A stretch of DNA of 64,000 bases. Source: Candidatus Obscuribacteraceae bacterium (GTDB lineage: Bacteria; Cyanobacteriota; Vampirovibrionia; Obscuribacterales; Obscuribacteraceae). The stretch covers positions 32,001 through 96,000 of the forward strand of contig JBGAHS010000004.1 in NCBI GenBank assembly GCA_044226015.1, in the 5' to 3' direction. The notes under the pieces were generated by a model that was not told the origin of the DNA, made no database searches, and saw only the letters and a list, made by a program, of their open reading frames with translations. A program made the translations under genes and the position numbers. Shown here piece by piece: positions 30,104 to 40,074 of the stretch; the first letter of the stretch is position 1; the number at the start of each line of letters is the position of its first letter.

Positions 30104-30604
30104 CTACTGATCTGATTGCGACGAATCATCGAACTGGAGAAACCAATCTCTTGCCATTCTCATTTGGTTAGAGTATGGAAGGCTGCCGGATGCTTTCCAT
30201 TTACCCGACTCAGTTTCGTCTGGTTTTAGTTGAACTTGAATCGGCTCCACGATTGGAACGCCCTCTCGATTTACAAAGTAAATCTCGGGGCTGTGATTGC
30301 ATTTACTATCAAGAAAATTTGCCGGACGACTTTTGTCAATGGCTTGTTCTTTGACTTCAAGCTTGTACTCTAGCTCATCGAAACTTCCGTATTTGCCCTT
30401 ATTTGAGGAGTCATGATAGCGATTAGTCGTGAGTGTAGTTTTCAGGTTTGCGTTTCCAACTGTGACTTCCTTTTCGTCCCAGTCTCTAACAAACTTATTT
30501 TGACAAGAGCGAATGCTGTAGATCGACATAGCTGTGACAATGCTGGTCACTGCCAGCACGCGCATCCCTATGCGGCTAACGGATTGTTCCCTGAATAGGG
30601 ACAT
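30104..30604 (-). CDS. hypothetical protein with N-terminal membrane anchor
   Basis: SD GAGG and ATG; hydrophobic N-terminal segment. Confidence 0.7.
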   Translation of the reverse strand: MSLFREQSVSRIGMRVLAVTSIVTAMSIYSIRSCQNKFVRDWDEKEVTVGNANLKTTLTTNRYHDSSNKGKYGSFDELEYKLEVKEQAIDKSRPANFLDSKCNHSPEIYFVNREGVPIVEPIQVQLKPDETESGKWKASGSLPYSNQMRMARDWFLQFDDSSQSDQ

Positions 30605-30953
30605 ACTTCCTCTGCACCTTGCCTTTGTTTGTTGAATATTACAACAAACAAGGGGTTGTGTTCAGCAGTTCTTGACAGCGCTCTGCGAATTGCTAGAATA
30701 GACATGTGGTGACATAAGGAGATAGATCATGTTCAGGAGAAGACATAAGTAGAAGGCAGTGAGAGCCAAGCGGCTCCTGCGATGCTTTGTCTGAACATGC
30801 TCCAGTCCCAGAAATTCTAGGAAATGCATATTCATCAGGCGCGCTATTAAGGGTAGCTGACCTTTCACTGCCTAATTTTTTTCGAACGTGCAGTTAGTGG
30901 TGCAGTGATGCTTCGTTGACTCGTAGCCTCTGCACAAATTAGAAAGGTGATTT

Positions 30954-31748
30954 ATGATTTCAAACTTGCAGAGATCATTCAAAAAAATTGGTGCTGATTT
31001 GAAAATTGTTGGGGCTCGGCCCCGGCAGCTCACATCAATTCTGCTGGATGTCATCGAAACTGATGGTGATGAACTATTCGAAATTGCAATTCGAGATGAG
31101 CCTCGTGTGGATATGGAAATATCTGTTCTTGAGGTTCTTCCAAAGGAGAGACATCTCGTGCTTCTCGCTCGTGCGATGAATAACGATGGTGATCTCATAT
31201 CTAAAGAGCACTTCCTCTGTGGTCACGACGAGAGACATCTTTTTGTGGCAGCAGTTGACGGTGTTTCCACTGTCGCAGCAGCGAAAGATTCACTGAAACC
31301 GAATCACATTCGCGCACGTGAAACAGGTCTGAGCGCATTGAAACGAAATCGTCGCCACACCGAACTTTTTGTTCGTCAGGGCGAATGGTTCTTTGAGCCA
31401 GTGTTCGACCTTGCGCCACCGCCCATACGTGTTCGCCGAAATGAGCCCCTTGTAAGAGGTACGGGCAGTAAAGCCCATATTGCTCAATTCGCTTATCGTC
31501 AAGGTGGCGAAGCTGTTCGCGTTTGCAGGCAGTATCCAAATGGGTTAACTGAAGCGGAATACCGCGCCTTGATCGTGAGAGAACCACGCGCCAAGAATTT
31601 CAATTGGCGACACATGGTAAGAGACATGGATGTCTTTGTTACAGGAACCGTGCGGCATCCTGACCATGCGACCGTTGTTCTCCATGGTTGGCACCGAGTT
31701 TTTCTAAATCAGGAACGCCGATTTGCGAGTCTTGCATTTCTCGATTAG
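30954..31748 (+). CDS. hypothetical Arg/His-rich protein
   Basis: SD AAAGGTG; LCGHDERH, RQGEWFF, RNEPL, RHPDH segments; own terminator. Confidence 0.8.
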   Translation: MISNLQRSFKKIGADLKIVGARPRQLTSILLDVIETDGDELFEIAIRDEPRVDMEISVLEVLPKERHLVLLARAMNNDGDLISKEHFLCGHDERHLFVAAVDGVSTVAAAKDSLKPNHIRARETGLSALKRNRRHTELFVRQGEWFFEPVFDLAPPPIRVRRNEPLVRGTGSKAHIAQFAYRQGGEAVRVCRQYPNGLTEAEYRALIVREPRAKNFNWRHMVRDMDVFVTGTVRHPDHATVVLHGWHRVFLNQERRFASLAFLD

Positions 31749-31751
31749 TTG

Positions 31752-31790
31752 GAAAGGGCGGGGGAAACCTGCCCTTTCTATCTTTATTTG
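31752..31790 (+). terminator. intrinsic terminator
   Basis: GAAAGGGCGGG...CCTGCCCTTTC stem plus T-rich tail. Confidence 0.8.
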
Positions 31791-31846
31791 CTTTGCTCTC
31801 ATTTGATCAGTTTCTGTTTGAAATCAAATTTTCAGAGCTACGCTGT

Positions 31847-32842
31847 TCATGACTGCGATGGCAGTGCATGGCTTTGCAATTGAAGTTTGACATATACGGG
31901 CAAATGATCCGAACCTACATTGGGTCCTAAGTGGCGATCAATAACCGCGAAATCTTTGCTGACCAGGCAGTGGTCTATTGGTATCAATGGCGGTACCACA
32001 AGAAGTGCGTTCCAGGATGGCTGTATTCCCATGCCTTGTTCGCTGTCTTTCAAATTGCTGCTTGCTAGCAGCCTTTTGTAATAGGTTGACCAGGGGGTGG
32101 AATTTAAATCACCAATCAAAATCGTGGCTAATTTTGTATCCGCTAGCTCGCTTGCAAGGCGGCTGAATTCTTTGTTGCGATTTTGCCAGCGTTTTCGTCC
32201 CGAAGGAGATGGCGGGTGTTCTGAAATAATGAGAACGGACTCTCCGGCAAGCTTGCAGATGCCTCTTACGCCATAGCGTCTTTCTGAATTTGTTCTTGTT
32301 GGCTGCACTCTTTCGATAGGTACCTTGCTAAAAATCGCCGCACCGCCTGCGATGCCTTCATCGAAATGGAACTTATATTCAGGCAGCTCGTTGCTTATTC
32401 TCTTCATCCAGGTCTTGTTAACTTCGCTCAAGCAGATTATGTCTGCATTGCTTTGTTGCAAGTAAGCTATGGTTTTTGTATAGCTTCGGTTTCGATTTCC
32501 GTAGAGGTTCAAAGCCACCATGGTCAATTCGCTACGCGGGTTCTCACAGCTCTGTTTCGCATCAACTGGAAGGTAAAAAGGCACAATGTGCCAGAGGTTC
32601 ATTATTACGCCAAGGCACGCAAGAAAACTCCCTTTTCTGTTTTTCAGCAGAAACAGCGCTGAGAAACATAAGCCCAGTCCAATTGTCCAGACCATGCGCA
32701 ACTGATTGCACTGGTCTGAAAGATAGCCTATCGCTGGCGTAAAGCTGACCGATGAGATTGCTATCAAAAGAAGGGTAAGAACAATGATGCTGCTAATCAG
32801 AAGCAAGTGAGTAAGCCGCCATAGTGTTTTCATGCCATCCAC
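31847..32842 (-). CDS. membrane-anchored endonuclease/exonuclease/phosphatase family protein
   Basis: 3 TM; DIICLSE, GDLN, IDH, GSDHLP. Confidence 0.92.
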   Translation of the reverse strand: MDGMKTLWRLTHLLLISSIIVLTLLLIAISSVSFTPAIGYLSDQCNQLRMVWTIGLGLCFSALFLLKNRKGSFLACLGVIMNLWHIVPFYLPVDAKQSCENPRSELTMVALNLYGNRNRSYTKTIAYLQQSNADIICLSEVNKTWMKRISNELPEYKFHFDEGIAGGAAIFSKVPIERVQPTRTNSERRYGVRGICKLAGESVLIISEHPPSPSGRKRWQNRNKEFSRLASELADTKLATILIGDLNSTPWSTYYKRLLASSNLKDSEQGMGIQPSWNALLVVPPLIPIDHCLVSKDFAVIDRHLGPNVGSDHLPVYVKLQLQSHALPSQS

Positions 32843-32987
32843 CTTTGTCGTCTATTCTCAGGTTAGCACTATTGAAAGCAGGCTGGCGTAAAAGTACTGT
32901 TAGCAGGGTTAAGCCAGTGTAAATTGGCGGTCTTGACACTGGGCTTCATTCGCTTCAGACTAATTGCGATGGTTTCTCGGTGAGCTT

Positions 32988-33998
32988 GTGAAAAAGCAGA
33001 TTAGAATCAGGCGATTGGTAGGGCTTGTTTCCTTGATTGTGCTATTGGCTTCTTTCGTAGTGTTTGTAAGCGGTGCAGATTCTTTCGCGGGATTCATCGA
33101 TAAGAAAGGCACTATAGTTTTCCGAATTCCAGATGGTTGTGTTGCAGACGAGTTCAGTGAAGGACTGGTTGCGGTTCAAAAGGGCAACCGCTGGGGATAC
33201 ATGGACAAGAGCGGTCAATGGGTTATACCGCCACAGTTCAAGAGTGCTCGAAAATTTTCACAGGGGCTAGCTGCTGTGTTTCTTGAAAAAGAAAAATCAT
33301 TTGTCTTCATCGACAAAACGGCAAAGGGAGTCATTGAAGTTGATGCCACCACTGTTGGTGATTTTCATGAAGGGTTGGCTATGGTGGCAAAGGGTGAGTT
33401 AGTTGGCTATATTGATCGGTCAGGAGCCTTCGTCATTCCTCAAGAGTATCAATTCAAGGGCGAGCGCTATTTTTCGCTCGGTGTTGTTCCAGTGGCTCAG
33501 GCTAATCCGCTTCGGTGGTGTTACATCGACCGGTTTAACCATCCTGTTTTGAATAAGAGTTTCTACGGAGCGAAAGAAGTTGTGGACGGTCTAGCACCGG
33601 TATGTAGTAGAACTGGTTCCGAACGAAAGGAACTCTGGGGTTATCTGGGTACAAGCGGAAGCAAATTTGCAATCGAGCCTCAGTACCTTTCTGCTGAGCC
33701 GTTTTCTAATGGAATAGCCTGCGTTCAACAAGGTGATTCAAATGAAGCTTCGAACAACTATTTTTTCATCAATGAGAGAAATGAGAAATTGCCTTTGAAG
33801 TTTGCTCACTTATCCAGGTTTAGCGAAGGTTTGGCCGCTATTGCCCAGTTGGGTAAAGATGGGACGAAGAAGTATGGATTTGTGGATGGCAGTGGCAAAT
33901 ACGTAATTGAGCCTCGTTTTGATTTCGCGGGAAACTTTTCAGAGGGTCTTGCTTTTATTTCCAAGCTTAAACCGCACTTTTGGGGGATGTCTAATTGA
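32988..33998 (+). CDS. WG-repeat protein
   Basis: Repeated FSEGL..V...WGY.D..G..VI.P.F units; N-terminal anchor. Confidence 0.9.
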   Translation: MKKQIRIRRLVGLVSLIVLLASFVVFVSGADSFAGFIDKKGTIVFRIPDGCVADEFSEGLVAVQKGNRWGYMDKSGQWVIPPQFKSARKFSQGLAAVFLEKEKSFVFIDKTAKGVIEVDATTVGDFHEGLAMVAKGELVGYIDRSGAFVIPQEYQFKGERYFSLGVVPVAQANPLRWCYIDRFNHPVLNKSFYGAKEVVDGLAPVCSRTGSERKELWGYLGTSGSKFAIEPQYLSAEPFSNGIACVQQGDSNEASNNYFFINERNEKLPLKFAHLSRFSEGLAAIAQLGKDGTKKYGFVDGSGKYVIEPRFDFAGNFSEGLAFISKLKPHFWGMSN

Positions 33999-34023
33999 TT
34001 TCTGTTATGCGAGGTGCTTTAAG

Positions 34024-34971
34024 TTGAAGTCGTTTGCAAGTTTAATTGCAACTGTTCTGTTGCTTTCGTCGGCTTTTCCGCAGTTGTCTTTTGCACTGCC
34101 AAGCTCAGCAGAGGTGGAAAGCGCAATCAAGAAAGCTGCAATTTTTCCTGCGAAAAAGCAACTAACGGTCGGAAAGTTTGAAGATGGTGAACTTAGTGTT
34201 TCGACCTATGTTGAAGAGAGCAGCAGCGATCCCGATAAAGATTCTAAGATTGATGCGCTTCTCATAGCGAAAATATTGATAGGCACTTTCTCTGAAATCA
34301 AACGTGTAACTGTGAATTTCTATTCCCAGAGTAATTCGAGAATGCTTAAGCAAGCCACAATAACCAAGCCCGAAGTAATTTCTTTCGGTGCCGGTGACGT
34401 GAATAGCAGCGAGATTTTGTCTGAGATAAAACTGATTGATAAATCCACTGCCCTTAGTCCATCTAGTGTTCCCACAGCTGCACAGTGGGTGCGACATCAC
34501 GTATCAGGTCAGGATAGGTTTCCTGGACTTAGCTTTCAATATCCAAAAGCCTGGGTTCTAGAACAAGCCGATATCTCCGCTGGAAACAGCACGGCATTCC
34601 TCATAAAAAGCTCTGCTTCGACATACCATCCCGCGCTGATTGAGCTAAAGGCGTACAGAACGAAAGGCAATTTGAGTGTTTTCAAAGAAACTGGTGCTCA
34701 TGTGAGAGAACACCGTGAAGAGAGAGGCTACAAACCCATAGATGGGGGCGAAGCGACTTATGGCACGGCTAATTCAATAAAAGGTTATTTCGAGAATTAC
34801 TCTGTTGTGCAGGAAAAAGACAGAGTATACGAATACAGGTTTTACTTTGGCTGGCCAGGATTCATTTATGTATTTCGCTCTTCATCAACTCAACTGGACA
34901 AGAAAAATGTAGATGCGTTGTTTAAGTCGATTTTGCGGAGTGCACAGATAGATCGAGCCTCTGCCCATTGA
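34024..34971 (+). CDS. secreted hypothetical protein, possible PsbP-like C-terminal domain
   Basis: TTG after SD GAGGTG; signal peptide; SFQYPKAW and terminal F..IL.S helix. Confidence 0.65.
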   Translation: MKSFASLIATVLLLSSAFPQLSFALPSSAEVESAIKKAAIFPAKKQLTVGKFEDGELSVSTYVEESSSDPDKDSKIDALLIAKILIGTFSEIKRVTVNFYSQSNSRMLKQATITKPEVISFGAGDVNSSEILSEIKLIDKSTALSPSSVPTAAQWVRHHVSGQDRFPGLSFQYPKAWVLEQADISAGNSTAFLIKSSASTYHPALIELKAYRTKGNLSVFKETGAHVREHREERGYKPIDGGEATYGTANSIKGYFENYSVVQEKDRVYEYRFYFGWPGFIYVFRSSSTQLDKKNVDALFKSILRSAQIDRASAH

Positions 34972-35039
34972 ATGTACAATTTCAGGGAGCAGGCGAACTG
35001 TTGAATCGGTTTAGCGCGCGCTTTGGGGAAGGTCGAACG

Positions 35040-35552
35040 CTATTTTATTGGGTTCTTGATTCTTTCTGTTGCTGCCGCCACCAGTTGTGACGCATTTTCT
35101 GGGTGATCTTTAAACATGCTGGATGACCATAACTTTTCGGCATGTCCTGACTTAGGCAAACTGAATATCTCAATCTGGTCTAGAAGAACGAAACCACCGG
35201 ACTGAGAATATACAAGGCATAGCCCTTCAGATTTAGCTGCGACAAGGAAGCTCTTGCTTGGTGCGCCCCCAGGTTTTTGCACGCATCCTGACTGCCATTT
35301 CTCTCCATGGTCAGCCATGACTTCGTGAATTTCTTTGCTGTCTCGATTTTGTAGATAAAAGTCTTTAACGCTTTTGGGCAGGTCGCTTACCGACTTCAAT
35401 TCGGTAAATTTATCGTGTTCAAGTTGTTGAAGCAGCTCTGTGGTCATCTGGGTGGCTTCCTTTGCGAATACTCTTGGTTCGCCTGAAATTGAGAAAATGG
35501 AAAGCAATACTGCTGTAGAAACAGTAACTCTTCTCAAAAACGGAATAGACAT
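35040..35552 (-). CDS. secreted hypothetical protein
   Basis: SD AAGGA, signal peptide, two Cys. Confidence 0.7.
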   Translation of the reverse strand: MSIPFLRRVTVSTAVLLSIFSISGEPRVFAKEATQMTTELLQQLEHDKFTELKSVSDLPKSVKDFYLQNRDSKEIHEVMADHGEKWQSGCVQKPGGAPSKSFLVAAKSEGLCLVYSQSGGFVLLDQIEIFSLPKSGHAEKLWSSSMFKDHPENASQLVAAATERIKNPIK

Positions 35553-35597
35553 AAACTTGTCCTTGCAATAAATACGCTTAGACTGAATTCTAATACA

Positions 35598-36029
35598 TTA
35601 AACGCCAGTCTGCTGATTTACGCTGCGATTCTGCATCCGGATTGTTTGTCTCGGAACGCCACCTTTTGCATATCGTCGAAGTAGGGAGCGAACACGAGCT
35701 GAGAATTCTGGCATTTCAAAAGGAGCTGTCATGAAATCTTGAGCTCCGGCGTCAAGTCCTTTGATGGTGTCTTCGACACCGGGTCGAGGGCTGACCATGA
35801 TAATTGGCAGTTCGAGATTTGAATTCGAGAGTTTGCGGCATAGTTCTGAGCCATCCATGTCTGGAAGCGTTGAACTCATAACAGCTACGTCGTAATCATA
35901 ATCTTGTAGTTGTCTTAGAGCTTTCGTGCCACTAGGACTGATATCAACTTTATATCCTTCTTCAAGTAGCCAGTCGCGCATTGAATTTGCAATTGCGCTG
36001 TCGTTTTCGATGATGAGAATTCCAAACAT
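35598..36029 (-). CDS. stand-alone atypical (pseudo-)receiver domain protein
   Basis: OmpR-type receiver fold, but DVAVMSSTLP and MTAPF replace the D and K motifs; no output domain. Confidence 0.85.
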   Translation of the reverse strand: MFGILIIENDSAIANSMRDWLLEEGYKVDISPSGTKALRQLQDYDYDVAVMSSTLPDMDGSELCRKLSNSNLELPIIMVSPRPGVEDTIKGLDAGAQDFMTAPFEMPEFSARVRSLLRRYAKGGVPRQTIRMQNRSVNQQTGV

Positions 36030-36232
36030 ATACACCACGCCTTTGATAGCTAATTGACAACATTCTCTGAACATTGTCATTTTCACATGCCTTTACCGCA
36101 TAATAATCGGCAAAAGGTAAAATTCCCGTGAAATAGTTTGGGCTCGAACTCGTATAAATCCCAAGTGATATGGAATTACTTAAAGTATTTAAGGCGAGAT
36201 GATTGGAATTCGCTAATTTATTGCCGTCGTGT

Positions 36233-37870
36233 TCAATCTCGTTCGGGAAGCAGAATGCAGCCATCCATGCCGTTTAACGTCAGTTCGATCTCTCCGTTTG
36301 AAACCTGGAATTTAGATCCAGTTAATGGGTCTATCCATTTTGAACCCTCTGCGAACTTTGCACGTGATGCAGAGATAGCCACCGTGCTCTGAGATTCGCT
36401 TGCATTCAAGGCTACGATGGCGCTATCGTCATCGGTTTTTCGAGCAAAGCAATAAATGTTCTTCTCGTCGAACACGTTGAGAGAAACAAATTCTCCTGCT
36501 CTCAGGGCTTTGTGAGCCATTCTTATTTGAATTAGCTTGTGAACATAGTTGGCTAACTCATCGTTTGCATTTATTTTGTTCCAGTCAAAGGTTCGCCTGC
36601 AGTCAGGGTCTTTTCCACCCATCATGCCGTATTCATCTCCATAATAAATCGTTGGCACACCGATGTACGTCATTTGAAACAAGAATGCCAGTCGTGATTT
36701 TCTCGAATCTCCGCCTGCTCGCTCGGCGAATCTGCTTATGTCATGGTTTGAGAGATGATTACTCAAGGCTTGCTGAACCTGAAGTGGATATTTCTGTCTG
36801 CATGTCCTCAGCAATCGATCAAACTCGCTTGCTTTTATTTTCTTTGCTTTGTTGTCGTAGTTGACTCCGCATATCCACTGGCTGACGGGGTCGGTGAACC
36901 CCTCAAAGTTGGTGACCGTATCCCACTCGTTTCCAGAGTTTGTCCACGCACTGGCATCGTGCCAGAACTCCCCGAGAATGACAGAATTTGGCTTCACTGA
37001 TTTGACAGATTTTCTGAAGTCTTGCCAGATTTCGTGGTTGAACTTATCCAAACCTTGCTTACCATTTTTGTCCACGTATTGCGGGGCGTCAACTCTCCAG
37101 CCATCTATATTGAAAGGTTCTTTCAAATAGTATTGGGCCACGGAATCTTGTTTTCTGTATACCATGTCTTTGACTGCATCCGAGCCAAAATTGAGTTTAG
37201 GCAGGCTATCGTAAGTCAAAAACGATGCATATTTATCAGGCCATTTGAAAAAAGTATAGTACGAAGAATACTTACTTTCCTTCGATTCATAGGCGCCTGG
37301 TTCGTTGGTTTGAGAGTTAGCATAGGCATACTTATGGAACCATTTGTGTGAGTCTCCGGTGTGATTAAACACCGCATCTAGTATCAGATGACATTTTCCA
37401 TTCTCATCTGAATGAATGGCTTCGCTCAGTTTGATTAGTGTTTCATTGCTGCCGAGACATTTTGCGACTTGATAATAGTCGCTTGTGTCATATTTGTGAT
37501 TGCTGGGCGATTCAAAAACTGGATTCAGGTATATGATGTTAGCTCCTAGCTGTTTGCATATATACTTCAGCTTCTGCTTCACTCCGTCGAGATCGCCCCC
37601 ATAAAAAGTGAACGCAGGACTTTGTCCCTCTGGTGGAACTGGGCTTTCGCCCCATTTCTTTTCAATGCATGCGTTTCCGGCATAGGTGTATGCGCCGCTC
37701 TTTATGTTGTTACTGCTGTCTCCATCATAAAATCGGTCAGGAAATATCTGGTAAATGACTCCGTCAAGATACCATTGGGGAATGTCTGGCTTTGCCACTG
37801 CGGCTGTTTGAAACAGAACGAGTGCGCCAAAGCTTGTAGTCAATAGTTTCGTAAAAGTCGAGTGTCTCAT
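36233..37870 (-). CDS. secreted GH13 alpha-glycosidase (neopullulanase/maltodextrin glucosidase-like)
   Basis: YQIFPDRF, DAVFNH, GWRVDA, GEFW, SNHD, YYGDE; signal peptide from ATG 37870. Confidence 0.93.
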   Translation of the reverse strand: MRHSTFTKLLTTSFGALVLFQTAAVAKPDIPQWYLDGVIYQIFPDRFYDGDSSNNIKSGAYTYAGNACIEKKWGESPVPPEGQSPAFTFYGGDLDGVKQKLKYICKQLGANIIYLNPVFESPSNHKYDTSDYYQVAKCLGSNETLIKLSEAIHSDENGKCHLILDAVFNHTGDSHKWFHKYAYANSQTNEPGAYESKESKYSSYYTFFKWPDKYASFLTYDSLPKLNFGSDAVKDMVYRKQDSVAQYYLKEPFNIDGWRVDAPQYVDKNGKQGLDKFNHEIWQDFRKSVKSVKPNSVILGEFWHDASAWTNSGNEWDTVTNFEGFTDPVSQWICGVNYDNKAKKIKASEFDRLLRTCRQKYPLQVQQALSNHLSNHDISRFAERAGGDSRKSRLAFLFQMTYIGVPTIYYGDEYGMMGGKDPDCRRTFDWNKINANDELANYVHKLIQIRMAHKALRAGEFVSLNVFDEKNIYCFARKTDDDSAIVALNASESQSTVAISASRAKFAEGSKWIDPLTGSKFQVSNGEIELTLNGMDGCILLPERD

Positions 37871-37901
37871 ATGGCTCTCAAAGTAGAGAGCCCATTGTAC
37901 G

Positions 37902-39377
37902 TCATTTTGTATTGGACGACTTTTGCGCCTGCTCGAGAATCTTTGCGGGGTTATTATTCGGGTTGAGAAATTTGCTGAGAGCATTAACAACTTGCAGTGG
38001 ATTTCCCAGGGCTCGGGGAAGATCTTTTGCTGCACCTAAAATTGTTTCGCGCATGTAAGACGACATCTCCGCATTGTTTGAAACGGTGCCACTGAAAAAT
38101 ATAAGCGCCATTTCGTCGCCAGTCTCTTCACCCCAGGTTACTCGCTTTGGTGGATGATTTGGGTTTCTAAAATTGTCCTCTGAATTGTCGTATGTGAATT
38201 CAGCTTGAACCACAGTTCCTTTCGGCAAATGTATGGGGGCTTTGTAAGCGTACTGCTCTTGCCAGTTGAAATCCCAATTTTTTATCCAAATCAGAGGTAC
38301 GGTTTTTCCCTCTGGTGTTTTCGCACTGGCTTTTATCTGTTTGCAAAGCAAATGTGCATGGGGTGTCACTTGTAAGAGATCGAAATCGTTCGGGACTGTG
38401 GTGCTTGTTGTGACTATGTGACTCTTTTCGTTCGCTGGAATATCGATTTTTCTGCTTCGAATCGTTAGCGGAAGCAATATTTTCTTTGGTGCGGTCGTCG
38501 AATAATAGATGCCCATTTCGAATTGGGCAGGCTCTTTCTTTCCGTCAGGGTGTAGATGAAGCTGCACAACCAGGTCTGAGTCTTTTCGGAGTATGCGTGC
38601 AACTCCATCTGGCAGTGGAAGCATGCTGTTGCCGGGTGCCCAACCTCCCAGAGAGCCTGTTGGCAGAAAACCTGGACCTCCAAAACTTGGAAATCCCTGC
38701 TCACTGCTTTCCGCATCCTTCTTTCTTGCCTCACCTAAATTGTCCAGGAAGAACAAGGCATGGTGCATAACCTTAGGGTTGGCTGGGTGAAATTCGACAT
38801 GTGAAACAAATTTATTATCGACATTCTTAATTGGAAACACAAAACAACGATAGATGTCTGGACCATCTGCTGGCACCATATATGGTTCTGTCATTTTGAT
38901 GATCATGTCGGGCTTGCCGCCACGCCATTTGCCTGCTGCCATGGTTTGAGGTTTAGGGGCTGTGGAGAGATCTCCCGATGGGGCGCCATTTTTTATCCAT
39001 GTCTTTATGGACGCTAGTTCAGCATCGCTCAAGGCTCGTTCATTTTGAAATTGCCCAAATTCCTTTGTTGGTTTCCATGGTGGCATATAGCCGGACTCGA
39101 TTACAGCGGAGATCGTGCTGACACGCTTTTTCACATCAGCATAATTATCTAGCGCGAACGGTGCGACACCATTGCTCTGATGGCAGTTCGCACATTTCTC
39201 ATTGAACAAGTGCGCCATGTCTTTTGCATAGTCGAGCTGTTCGGTTTTTGTCTGTGCTTTTGCTTCTTTTGTAACGGGTGCCTCTGCATCTTTCGCTAGT
39301 ACTATCTGCGTACTTAGCAGTAGTGCACATAATGCTGCAAGCTGATGACTTAGGCGAGGGCGTGATTTGCAGAACAT
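37902..39377 (-). CDS. cytochrome c + copper type II (PHM/DBH-like) monooxygenase
   Basis: Signal peptide, CANCH, MHH, HLH, PHAH, WDFNWQ, DEM. Confidence 0.88.
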   Translation of the reverse strand: MFCKSRPRLSHQLAALCALLLSTQIVLAKDAEAPVTKEAKAQTKTEQLDYAKDMAHLFNEKCANCHQSNGVAPFALDNYADVKKRVSTISAVIESGYMPPWKPTKEFGQFQNERALSDAELASIKTWIKNGAPSGDLSTAPKPQTMAAGKWRGGKPDMIIKMTEPYMVPADGPDIYRCFVFPIKNVDNKFVSHVEFHPANPKVMHHALFFLDNLGEARKKDAESSEQGFPSFGGPGFLPTGSLGGWAPGNSMLPLPDGVARILRKDSDLVVQLHLHPDGKKEPAQFEMGIYYSTTAPKKILLPLTIRSRKIDIPANEKSHIVTTSTTVPNDFDLLQVTPHAHLLCKQIKASAKTPEGKTVPLIWIKNWDFNWQEQYAYKAPIHLPKGTVVQAEFTYDNSEDNFRNPNHPPKRVTWGEETGDEMALIFFSGTVSNNAEMSSYMRETILGAAKDLPRALGNPLQVVNALSKFLNPNNNPAKILEQAQKSSNTK

Positions 39378-39386
39378 TTTCTTTTC

Positions 39387-39971
39387 CTATTCTTGAGCTT
39401 CCAAAAAGCAACCTACTGCTACTGTGCTGGTTGTTTTGATGGGCTTGTGTTCCACATACGCAAGGACTGCATCTGCGAGATCATTGGTTCTAATGACTGT
39501 TCTCCTCTGACCTATGCCAGCGTAGCGATCATCAATTCGTCCTCTGTAAATGACCTTGCCTTCTTTGAGGAGAAAAGCTTCGGGGGTTACTCGGGCAGCA
39601 AGAAGCTTTTGCAGTAGACCGTTTTCATCAACAACAATTCGAGCTGTTGGATGGTACTTGCTTAAAAATGTTTGTGCCTGTTTGCTTTCAGATTTGCTGA
39701 CTACGAGATTGAATTCGATCTCTTTTCGGAACTTTTGTGAGAGCGATTCTATTGTCGGAAATGACTCTATGCAAATTGGGCACTCGGGTGAAAAGTAGAT
39801 TACGACTCTGTCAGTTTTCATCAGCATGGAAGCATCTGCAGCTGATTCGATGCGTGTGAGTTCTTCTGTCCTCTGGGCTGTGGGGGTGGGTGCAGAATTA
39901 GACGCCAATGGGTCCGCTAGAAGGCTCAAAAGGAGTGTCACGGCAATTTTGAATAGAGGTTTGTTTTTCAT
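39387..39971 (-). CDS. secreted redoxin (thioredoxin-fold, AhpC/TSA-like)
   Basis: SPECPIC, TPEAF, YRGRIDD, terminal GC. Confidence 0.88.
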   Translation of the reverse strand: MKNKPLFKIAVTLLLSLLADPLASNSAPTPTAQRTEELTRIESAADASMLMKTDRVVIYFSPECPICIESFPTIESLSQKFRKEIEFNLVVSKSESKQAQTFLSKYHPTARIVVDENGLLQKLLAARVTPEAFLLKEGKVIYRGRIDDRYAGIGQRRTVIRTNDLADAVLAYVEHKPIKTTSTVAVGCFLEAQE

Positions 39972-40074
39972 TCACTTAGTCTCCCCATACTTCTACACGG
40001 GCTATCTGGAAAAGTTGTGCTTTCCGAATTTAATTAATTCAGAGCTATAATTGCGTAGTCTTTTGGTTTCATGT

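Noticed and set aside
30662..30868. 68-aa ORF with a hydrophobic stretch
   Set aside because: Could be a small membrane protein, but there is no clear SD or family support.
33907..34023. Apparent 92-bp overlap between the WG-repeat gene and the next CDS
   Set aside because: Disappears with the SD-supported TTG start at 34024.
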